A DNA stretch of 64,000 bases from Ancylonema sp. (taxonomy: Eukaryota): contig JBFLGF010000079.1 of the NCBI GenBank assembly GCA_050230475.1, forward strand, positions 1-64,000, in the 5' to 3' direction. A program made the position numbers and the translations under genes. How positions within the stretch are numbered: the stretch's first letter is position 1; every line of letters begins with the position of its first letter. The notes under the pieces were generated by a model. The model was not told where the DNA came from. It saw only the letters and a program-made list of their open reading frames with translations, and ran no database searches. This document shows positions 50,974 through 61,996 of this stretch, piece by piece.

Positions 50974-52778
50974 GAGCATCTCTTACGGCTCTCCACTCTG
51001 CGCTCCACTTCGGCTCGATACCCGCAGGTTATCACTGGTTATCGAACCGAAGTGGAGAGGCCACCACTTCGAGACCTCGCGTATTTCAAAGTGGAGCGCC
51101 GACAATAACGTCGTACGTTAAGACCGCACCACTTCGATTCGGCATTCGTTCGTACCTCTCGGCCGGATACGCCCGTCCGTCCGATCACAAGACGGAACGG
51201 CTGTTCATTTTCCATCTGGCGCGAAACATTTCACATTTGAGCGGACGAAAAATAATCATTTCCCACGCGAGAAGAACGCTCCGCGAGGGTACTACGTAGG
51301 TCTCGAAGAGTCGTTTCAAAGTGGTGGCTCTCCACTTCGACCCCTCGAAGTGGAGAGCCACCACTTTGAAAACTTATAAGTTTTCGTTATAGACAGAAAG
51401 TGGAGCGGTCGTAAGGTACGTATTTTGGCGAAATCGCGAAAAAACCCGAAGTGGAGCGCAAAGTGAGCCCTCTCCACTTCACGTATATAACGAAAACTTA
51501 AGTTTTCAAAGTGGTAGCTCTCCTGAGGAGCAGATGCGGCATTCCTTATGCGGGGCTGAAGCTGACGTCGAAGCTCACGCGCCCGGTTTCGAGCTACAAA
51601 ATGTTCAAATGGCCCTCCTTAGGCGGGGCCGAAGCTCACGTCGAAAGATATTGCGCCGAAAATGATCTTCGGCCCCGAGTTTCGCCATATTTTGGGGCCG
51701 AAGATCACTGTCATCTTGGGCCCCAAACTCTGGCCGGAGCTGACATGCACTGCACCTCGTTATACCGTTGTGTTGTTATAATGGTTTCCAATCAAAATGC
51801 AGCATGAATCGTGCTGATGCTAGGGTCACTTCCCGCCATGATCCCCTCTGCCCTCGTGACTCGCTTATTGTGGCTGCATGGCTGCCACCTCCGGCTAATT
51901 CTCTGATCATGTCTGACGAGGAACGCAGTGAAAGATACAGGAGAAAATTAAATCAAACTCCATAGTTTTGGCAATGCGAGAAGCGCTACTGCTCTTGTAA
52001 CTAATGTAACGATTCTGTCACGAAATATATTTTTTTCGCTATGATAAGCCTGGTTTAGAGTGAATGTAACATATCCGCGTAGAGCGGATTGTAGTAGACT
52101 GAGCTGAGAAAGTTTTAGTGTCTCGCGGAGATAGAGAGTCGGCATCGCCGTATCTAAAAAGCGGCTGGTGCATTTGTAACGTAGACTTTGAATTCAGGTA
52201 ATTTATCCGATCACATAAAGCGAATAGCTTCAATTTTATGTTATGTAAAATTCAGAAGTCTTCTGAAAACTTCATCTACTCTCATGCAAACTTACACATT
52301 ATTTATCGCCATATGTAAAATAGTGATTTGAAAAGATTCTGATGCGTTAAAAGTTCAGAATTTATGAGGCGAATTTGCGATTAGATCCGCGTGTTTTAGC
52401 GAAATTAAGGCGGATCGTGAAGCAACGCTGCACGCGCAGCGTTGCAAAAATAAAAACCGCGAGACATCGAAGTTGAAACTGGCTGGCATCTCTATTAGCC
52501 ATATTGCGTCAAATAGTAGCTAAAATTCCGACCTTGACAGTGCTGTGAGGCACAGTGCCACTGACTGGATTTTCGACACCGTAATATTGTACAGTCAAAG
52601 CCCACGAAATTTGGACCGACAAATCCAGACGATGTTAGCTTCGGCCACGCATAAGGAATGCCGCATCCGCTCCTGACGGTCAAAACACGGCTCGAATATC
52701 GCCGAGAAACGCCCCAAATCGGGGCCGAAGAAGCTCACAGGTTAACCTGTGAGCTTTTTTGATGCATAAGAAATGCTC
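50974..52778. mobile_element. Non-autonomous PIF/Harbinger element (outer)
   Basis: TIR GAGCATCTCTTACG / GAGCATTTCTTATG; TTA on both sides (50971-50973, 52779-52781); CCACTTCG and GAAGTGGAG subrepeats. Confidence 0.65.
51527..52673. mobile_element. Non-autonomous PIF/Harbinger-like element nested in the previous one
   Basis: 44-bp TIR GGAGC(A/G)GATGCGGCATTCCTTATGCG... with 5 mismatches; 3-bp TSD TGA at 51524-51526 and 52674-52676. Confidence 0.8.
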
Positions 52779-52781
52779 TTA

Positions 52782-54450
52782 GAGCATTCCTTATGCGGGG
52801 CCGAAGCTGACGTCGAAGCTCACGCGCCCGGTTTCGAGCTACAGAATGTTCAAATGGCCCTCATTATGCGGGGCCGAAGCTCACGTCGAAGATGTTGCGC
52901 CGAAAATGAGATCTTCGGCCCCGAGTTTCGCCAAATTTTGGGGCCGAAGATCACTGTCATCCTGGGCCCCAAACTCTGGCCGGAGCTGACATGCACCTCG
53001 TTATACCGGTTATACCGTTGTGCTGTTATAATGGTTTCCAATCAAAATGCAGCATGAATCGTGCTGAATATAAACATTATATCGGATAACTTCGCGCCAA
53101 TTAATTAAACGTCCTGTACAACGGGTTGGTTTTAGGTGCACGATCACTCTGCGGAAACTGGCAACAGAACAGGCAGCTTAAGTGTCGATGAGCATCAAGA
53201 TCATACAATTTACTCACAGCTTTTGATGACACGGGCCAGAGGTGCAGCAAACGCAGCAGTCACGGAGTACGGAGGTCCGGAGCCCTGGCACAACCGCATG
53301 CGCTGTGCATGGCCTGGTGCCAATCCCCTCGGAAAGGGTACAAGTCAGGATGGATTATCATTTTACGAACACGTAGTGACTGCCCAAATCATAATCTACA
53401 AAAAACTGGGGGGACTTGAAACTCTCCGAACACGGAAATCTCAGAAACCGTACAGACCACGGACAGCTAAGGGCTGCAAGACCAAGTGGTCGGCAATCCA
53501 GACTGAGGTTAACTACTTCCTAGCGTGCGACATCAGGGCCAGCCAGACGGTCATGAGGTCTGGGGCGTCGCTGCAGGATTACAGAAACGACGCGAAGAGG
53601 TTTTTCGTAGAGAAGTATAGTAGGACTTTTCTGTTTGAGGGCCCATACGACTACCTGAAGGGAAAGAAGAAAGTGGCTTATAGACACTTAGACACTTAGG
53701 TCGTTACTCGGTAACTGAAATACCATCAGCCAATCAGGTTGTTGGAACAACCTAACGACCACAGGTGCCTTCGCAACAGTTTCGCGGCTTTGGGATGGGA
53801 GTCGCGGAAGGTTCGCTGTCCTTTATTTGACGGCTAGTCGCCTCTCCTCCAGCTGGCCGTTCCATTTCATGAATTCGTACAAAGGTTTTAGGCAGCATTT
53901 CATGACGGCCGGCGGGAAATGTTGACAGCACGGTCGGCATCTTTCCTTCGCAATGTGGCCTGACATCGTGCGTAATTGACGACCAATGAGGAGTCGTTGA
54001 ACGACGTCATGAATGACGATGGTATTTGCAGCAGAAAACTCTTGTGGGCCACACCCAGGCAAGCTGCAGCTCTGATCAGGAAACTTGTGGTAAACATTCC
54101 CCTCCAGGAAAATCTGGCATACGGTTGTGTCGACTGGAAGTCTCAAACGCGTCTTCTAACGGAAGAACGCCACGCATAGAGAGAGAGAGAAAGGAACGAA
54201 GGCTCAACCTCGCCTTTCTCTCTTCCGGACTCATACTTCCAAGACGACGTCCAAACGCCACTCGTGGCTCTGGGCATCCCGCCACCATGCCTGAACCAAC
54301 AGGTGATGTGGTGGCCGATGCCGCTGACCATTTACGAGCCAGTGGCCACCATCCGACTGTCCAAATTGCCCTCGCCAATCTATCTCCTCACGAAGCCCCT
54401 TTCCACTCAGGTATTTCGCTCTTCGCCTCGTTTCACATCAAGTGATTGTT
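52782..54450 (+). mobile_element. PIF/Harbinger element remnant with degraded ORF1 (Myb/SANT-like, 53136-53699); right end not defined
   Basis: Starts TTA|GAGCATTCCTTATGC; 52783-53067 duplicates 51539-51817. ORF motifs GTSQDGLSFY, RTAKGCKTKWSAIQTEVNYF, RSGASLQD...AKRFF...FLFEGPYDYLKGKKK are typical of PIF ORF1. Confidence 0.7.
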
Positions 54451-54736
54451 CCACTCAGAAGCATTCGGTAGCATCTGTCGCAATTATAATTACACCCAAA
54501 TTATCATTGTCTCGCAACAATTGAAGTGCTTTTTGTGTTACAATGCGAAAGATATGGAGGTCTCTGATACTCGAAAAGCTGCCCATCTCTCTCTGCACAT
54601 CTGTCTAAATGATCGATCACTGCAGGAAACGTCGTGTAAATTGTTGGATATTGTCAGGTGGGAAACGAGTACTTGGCGTGGGATCAGTCGTCTTTGTCCG
54701 CGAATTGAGTCCATCTGCATGAACTTGTGTCCGCAG

Positions 54737-57700
54737 CTGCTGGAGAGCAGGACGATGAGGAGCTGAAGTGGGCTGCCCTTGAGCGGCTTCCAACATTTGA
54801 GCGCCTGAAGACTGCTATTATCAATAGGGTACGTTGTTGCGGTCTGTTTTGACCGGAAATGGTGCCAGTCGCATTCCCGTTTGTCGGCATTCTCTCTTGT
54901 TTCGGTTATAATTATTTCAACATATCTTATATATCTTATATATGTAAGACCAATGCGACCCGTGAAAGAGATATTAGTATGGATTGGTTTGTACAACATT
55001 ATTAATGTGCAATGTTTGACATTCTTGAACAGCTTTGGTAAAGTCATCTTTGATTTTGAGATCCAGTTTTCTCCTGCTCGGCTCAACAGTATGCCCCTTG
55101 AAGGAGCCTAGCCAGATGATGGAGGAAATTCTGACACGATTCGCAAGGCAGAGCACTACAGCCATGTGGCATCTGGACCCTGATGTGGGACTTCACTTTC
55201 GGCACAGGTGTTGGAGGATGGGTCTATTTTTCCCAGCGAGGTGAATGTTGCCAACTTGACCAATGCGGAGCGCACTAAGCTGGTGGAGCTGGCACTGGAA
55301 ACGCATGATCAGGACAATGAGATTTTACTCAGGAAGATGCGGGAGCGAATGGACAGGTATAACATTTACCAGGTATCTGCAAAGAATGTCCAATAATGAG
55401 GTGTACTGCCAGAGTGACGTTGGTGGTTAGATGTGTGTCCTACAGTGACATCTGTGTCGGTGGCCTCAGACAAATTAGTTGTTCGAGCGTTGTCTATATT
55501 TTTCCCTGGTGGAATCAGATCTCCATGTGCGATGTCCCATTCGATTTAAAAGACTGATGTCCCAACTGTGTGTGCACTGTCCGGTCGCTGTTGAGGAAAG
55601 GTAAGAGCCACGGATTTAGGATGTGGTGTCTGGGAGAGGGTGATGGATTTGGTCCAACCACAGATATCCCAATTCGGGTTCGCAGAGTTGGTGTGGACTT
55701 TCCGACAGTGGAGGTTCGGTTCGACAACATCAACATCGAAGCTGGAGTGTATGTGGGAAACCGTGCTCTGCCCACTCTCATCAACTACACCCGGAATGTG
55801 GTCGATGTAAGTCCGGGATACAAAGTGCCAATGTCACCTCTATAATGGGATCCAAATGGAGGATGGGAACTGGTGCTCCTGTATGGCAGTAAATGGCCTC
55901 AGTAGTGCTCACAGGAGTATGAGAGGCATGACTGGGGTGGAGCGCATGTGAGCGGGAACTGAAAAGTGTGTTGTCGGGTGTGGCAGTCGATCTTGGTGTC
56001 CCTGAGGTTGGTTCCAGACAGCCGCCGCCGCTTCCCCATTCTGCACAACGTGCGCGGGGTGTTGAAGCCTGGCAGGTACGCCTGCCTCTGCTCAGTCGCA
56101 GGTGGCGTGGGGTCGGTAGAGGGTGGAAAGGGCTCAGGATGGCTTGATGAGCGGTGAGAGGATTGAAAAAGTTGGGTGAGAGGAGATGGAAATGGACAAA
56201 TGTATGCAATGATCTGAATGGGTGGTCTGAGTGGTGTTGAGCTGTCAGGATGACTCTGCTGTTGGGTCCTCCTGGTGCTGGAAAGTCAACACTTATGAAG
56301 ACGCTGGCGGGACAGATGGACAAAGACCTCAAGGTAGCAAACACTTCACCTTCACTTTCCCTCCATTTCTCAAAGGCTTCACCCCTGGAAGCGGCGGTGG
56401 ATGTGTGACTACCTTGAAAGGGCATTCAACTTTCTTCTCACCTCCTGCGGCTTGCTGCTGTGTGCAGTTCGAAGGCAGCATCACATACAACGGCCATGAG
56501 ATGCACGAGTTCATTCCCGTGCGCACGGCCGCCTACGTGCCTCAGGATGACGTGCACATCGGGGAGATGACGGTGCGGGAGACACTGGACTTCTCTGCTC
56601 GGGTGCAGGGAGCTGGGTTCAGAGCCGGTGAGTGCTGCAGGGTCTGCTCTGGAGGGACGGGGGGTCTGAGTGGGTGTGGATTGGGTGTGGGGAGTTCAGA
56701 CATGGGCTGTGAGCTGGAGAGGCGGGAGAAGGAAGGCGGCATCAAACCGGATGCCACTATGGATGCCTTTGTGAAAGGGTTGCGCGTGGAAGGGAATGGC
56801 ACCAACCTCAGCACAGACTAGATCCTCAAGGTAACCACTCCCCACACACGCTGCCACTGAGATCCACACGTGTGCCCACACTGTCTGCAAGGTTTGGCAA
56901 CCAATGATTCAGACCCCGCACAGCCTCTGTCCCCTGACCTGTACATGGTACATGGCACATGGTTGAGTGGTTCCAGGTGGTGGGTCTGGACGTGTGTGCG
57001 GACACTCTGGTGGGCAACGACATGATTCGCGGGATCTCCGGAGGGCAGAAGAAGCGGGTGACGACGGGGGAGATGATTGTGGGCCCCAAGCAAGTTCTGT
57101 TTGCGGACGAGATTTCCACAGGCCTCGACTCCTCCACCACCTTCAACATCACCAAGTGCCTGCGCAACTTCACGCACTTCCAGAGCGCCACCGTGCTGGT
57201 CGCGCTGCTGCAGCCTGCTCCAGAGACGTACAACCTTTTCGACGACGTGCTTTTGCTGGCAGAGGGCCACGTGGTGTTCCACGGCCCGCTGCCCCAAATC
57301 GTGTCTTTCTTCGAGACTCAAGGCTTCTACTGCCCAGACCGGAAGGGAGTGGCGGATTTCTTGCAGGAGGTGACTTCGGTCAAGGACCAGGAGCAGTACT
57401 GGCGGCGGGACAGCCCGTACCGCTACGTGCCTGTGGCCGCCTTCAGCGAAGCCTTTGGCGCCACCAAACTCGGGCAGGAAACGAGCAGCACCCTCGACAC
57501 CGCCTTTGTGAAGGAGAAGAGCCACCCTGCAGCTCTGGTCCCCCCATCCCAGCGCTTTGGCCTCCAGCGGCAGCAGCTGTTCAAGGCGCTGTTCGAGCGG
57601 GAGTGGCTCCTCATGAAGCGCAACAGCTCCCTGTACATTGCGCAGACCATAAACAACGTGATCGCGGCACTCATCACAGCCACTGTCTTCTTCCGCACCA

Positions 57701-60700
57701 CCCTCAACTCGAACAGCATCGTGGACGGCAACTCGTACCTGGGCGCCATCTTCTTCGCCCTCATCAGCATGCTCTTCAACGGCTTTGCGGAGATGTCTCT
57801 CCTGGTGATGCGCCTCCCCGTGTTCTACAAGCAGCGCGACCAGTTCCTGTTCCCGGCGTGGGCGTACGCCATCCCCATGTGGAGTCTGTCCATCCCCTTC
57901 TCCCTCTGGACCTCCATGGTGTGGTGTGTGCTCACCTACTACGTCATCGGCTTCTCCCCTGACCCGGAACGCTTCTTCAAGCAGTGGCTGGCGCTGTTCC
58001 TCATCCACCAGGTGGCCATCGCCATGTTCCGCAACATCGGGGGGGTGGGTCGCACCATGGTGGTCTCCAACACCTTTGGCGCGTTCACGCTGATCGTGCT
58101 GTTCTGCCTGGGCGGGTTTGTGATCGCGAAGAACGACATCCCCGTGTACTGGATCTGGGGCTTCTGGATATCCCCTCTGGCCTACGGAGAGAACGCGCTC
58201 ACCAACAACGAATTCACCGCTCCTCGCTGGCAATCGGTATGCCCCACCTCCGCCAGGGTTCAGGGTTCAGGGTTCAGGGTTCAGGGTTCAGGGTTCAGGG
58301 TTCAGGGTCGAGGATTGAGGGCCTTGGAGTGTTGTGCGTCTGTCTTGTGTCCTCTCCAGGCTGTGGACCCCGTCTACGCCACCCACCCGGGGCAGACGTT
58401 TGGAAGCTTCATCCTGTCGGAGCGATCTCTGTTCCAGGACCCTTCCTTTTACTGGATCGGAGTTGGGACTCTGGCGGCGTACACCCTCCTCTTCAACCTC
58501 TGTCTGGCCACCTTGGTGCTTCGCTTCCTGAACCCTATGGGCCAGCCGCAGCCTGTCATATCCGAGGACTCTATTCAGGATCGCCACGCTGCGCGCACGG
58601 GAGAGATGGCGGGGAAGTCCAGGGGGGGCTCATCGCGTGCATCCAAGAGGGCTTCTGGCATGGGGGGTGGGCTGGACAAATTCCGTGGCAGCAGTGGTGA
58701 GTGCCGCACCTTCAGCCTGTGAAAACACAGAATCCTGGAACCTTGGAGTTGTGGACAATGAATGGAAAGCTGATTCGCGTGCGTGGGCTGGTGTCCTGCA
58801 GTGTCGGTGCATGTGCCCAGCCGTGGGCCCAGTGTGAGCCTGGAGGGTGGTGAGAAGGATGATGCGGCTGTGATGGCGGGCGACCTGGTGGAGGGGGGAG
58901 ACATGTCCCGCAAGGGGATGGTGCTCCCCTTCGAGCCCCTCTCCCTCTCCTTCCACAACGTTAACTACTACGTGGACATGCCCGCGGAGATGAAGGTGGC
59001 AGGGTCCTCCGAGGACCGCCTGCAGCTGCTCCGCAACGTCTCTGGCGCTTTCCGCCCCAAGGTTCTGACAGCTCTGGTGGGCGTGTCTGGAGCCGGGAAG
59101 ACCACCCTCATGGACGTGCTGGCAGGGCGGACAACAGGCGGGTATATCGAGGGGGACGTGCGCGTGTCTGGCTACCCCAAGGTCCAGGAAACGTTCAAGC
59201 GCATTGCTGGGTACTGCGAGCAGAATGACATCCACTCCCCGCAAGTCACAGTGCACGAATCGCTCCTCTACTCCGCGTGGCTGCGGTTGCCGGCGGCCAT
59301 CGATGAGGAGACGAGGGAGGAGTTTGTGGAGGAGGTCATGGAGCTGGTGGAGCTGGACACACTGAGGGGGGCGCTGGTGGGGATGCCAGGTGTCACAGGC
59401 CTATCCACAGAGCAGCGCAAGAGACTGACCATCGCGGTGGAGCTGGTGGCCAACCCCTCCATCATCTTCATGGATGAGCCCACCTCAGGACTGGACGCTC
59501 GAGCTGCCGCCATTGTGATGCGCGCCGTGCGCAACACGGTGGACACGGGGCGCACCGTGGTGTGCACCATCCATCAGCCCAGCATCGATATTTTCGAGAC
59601 GTTCGACGAGCTGCTCCTGATGAAGCGCGGCGGGCAGGTGATCTACATGGGCCCTCTGGGGATCAACTCCCAGATCATGGTCGACTACTTTCAGTCGGTG
59701 GAGGGCGTGCCCAGCATCACGGACGGCTACAACCCTGCCACCTGGATGCTGGAAGTGTCCGCCCCAGCTGCGGCAGAGAAACTGGGAGTGGACTGTGCGG
59801 ACGTGTTTGCCAAGTCGGAGCGCCACCGCCTCAACGAGGAGCTCATCAACTCTCTCAAAACCCCCCCAGAAGGTCACGCAGACCTGTACTACGAGTCGCA
59901 GTACAGCACGGGCGGGTGGACGCAGTTCTACGCGTGCCTGTGGAAGCGCAGCCGCATGTACTGGCGGGCACCCGACTACAACGTGGTGCGCTACTTCTTC
60001 TGCATCGTCATAGGCCTGTTGCTCGGCTCTGTGTTCTTCGGTCTGGGCATCAAGCGCGGGCAGCAGCAGAACGTGCTGAACGTCATGGGGGCGTTGTACA
60101 CTGCCTCCCTCTTCCTGGGGTGGAACAATGCGGCCTCCGTGCAGCCCATTATTGGCGTGGAGCGCACGGTGATGTACCGCGAGAGGGCAGCGGGGCTCTA
60201 CGCAGGCATGCCCTACGCGCTGGCGCAGGGGGTGATCGAGATCCCGTATGTGTTTGTGCAGACCATTCTGTACAGCTTGATCACGTACGCCTTGATCCAC
60301 TTTGAGTGGACGGCTCCCAAGTTCTTTTGGTACACGCTGTACATGTTCCTCACCCTCCTCTACTTCACGTACTACGGCATGATGGCCATTGCCATCACGC
60401 CCAACCAGCAGCTGGCCATGGTGGTCTCCTCCTTCTTCTTCTCCCTCTGGAATCTCTTCTCAGGCTTCCTCATCACCCGCCCTGTGAGCCCCCCCCTCCT
60501 CACCACTCGGATGCTTCGATGAGTTGGTTGAGCACTGTGGTTGAGTGGTTGAGTGATTGAGTGATTGAGTGCGGTGGATGGGGTGTTGCAGAACATTCCT
60601 GCCTGGTGGCGCTGGTTCTACTTCATCAACCCTGTGGCCTGGACCCTCTACGGCCTCGTCACCTCTCAGGTGGGCAGAATGCACTGCCACCGTGTATCCT

Positions 60701-60970
60701 TGCGTGCATAGCACACCTTGTTGCGCACTTGAGTCGAGTTGCCTGTGGTGACCATTTGGGGATGGGATGGTGCAGTTGGGAGACGTGGAGACTACCATCT
60801 CCCAGCCTGGGGTGTCTCCGGATCAGTCCGTCAGCGTGTACATTCACGACTACTTTGGATATGACCAGAGTATGCTGGGCCCGATTGTGGCCATTCTGTT
60901 TGCCTTTGTGATCATGTTTTGTGTGGTATTCGCGTATGCCATTCAGAAAATCAACTTCCAAGTGAGGTAG
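54737..60970 (+). pseudogene. Full-size ABCG / pleiotropic drug resistance (PDR) transporter with a premature TAG at 56819-56821; first exon unresolved
   Basis: [74 protein letters not shown]. Exon 56700-56830 reads STD*ILK where TDYILK is the consensus. Confidence 0.85.
58254..58307. repeat. Intronic (CAGGGTT)n = (TTCAGGG)n telomere-variant array
   Basis: About 7.5 copies, one with an extra G. Confidence 0.9.
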
Positions 60971-61996
60971 AACAAGGTGGTGGTGATTTCACTTTGTTAA
61001 GCTTGGAAAAGAAGAGCGAAGAGGTGGGGCGCATTTGGTTCAAGGAATCGAGTACCTCGCAGCAGAAGTAAATTGGAAATACAGTGTGGAGCATTGATAG
61101 CTGATCAGAGTGTCGTGGAGATGTGGCATGTTTTTATCGATATGCATGGGTTGAAGAGAATAATACCTTCGTAATTAAACACATGCAATGTGTAGATCAT
61201 GTTGTTGCGGACGAATTGTAACTTATCCCCCCAGATTGTTTATGGTTTGGGAGATGATACGTGACATTTGCATATTGTCAACTTATGTCGATCGAAGAGT
61301 GAACCTGCGGCACAGCATCAATCTCTCTCTCACGGAAAAAATGGAAATGACAAGTATTCTACACAAGAAAGTGAAAATAGTCGCCACGCCATCAACAACA
61401 ATTCAAGCTTTCGTGTCATCATCTTGGTGCATTACTGCCATGAACTACATGCGGTGTGACTGGCTGGGCATCACAAACCGAATAATGTTCCTCTTGTAGG
61501 CCAAATCATCTCTGGACAAACATCTAGCTTATACTCGATTGCTGTTGTAAGCAATGTACATGTTTCATGTGACATAGTTACGAAGTAACATGTTGCAAAA
61601 CCAGAAGTATGAATCAAATAACAAGAAACGAACAATGTGCATCTAAACTCTACTAGCGTCGGGTATGTGTATGTTCCGAGGAATGACTCATGCGTCTCGA
61701 GTGTGAAGTGTGATACCAATACAGCGCCTTGTAACTACCTTTGGCAACAATCGCCTTGCTTCCTTCCACATGGAGTGCACCCATTCCTCCGAGTGGGTAC
61801 CACTGCCACCACTTTGTCCTCTCGTACCCCGCCCCTTGCCACATCCCCCCTACACCTCATCCTCTACTCTTTGACGAATCGCTCTCGCCGGTCGCTGCCC
61901 TGCCTCCCCTGCCTCTCTGCCCTCTCTGGCGTGCACGTCTTTGTACCCACCTCCAGACGTCGCCCTTGTCCCCCCAGCCACCGACACACCTCTCCC

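Noticed and set aside
50880..51520. Interspersed CCACTTCG repeats as a CRISPR-like array
   Set aside because: Units are short, irregularly spaced and in both orientations; they are transposon subterminal repeats in a eukaryotic context.
56818..58233. 471-aa antisense ORF and other long overlapping ORFs over ABCG and SEC5
   Set aside because: Expected by-product of high GC3 codon usage on the coding strand.
60968..60970. Genome-wide reassignment of TAG to an amino acid
   Set aside because: TAG terminates ABCG at the conserved NFQxR end and also the desaturase. Long exons contain no in-frame TAG, and the three internal TAGs align to different expected residues.
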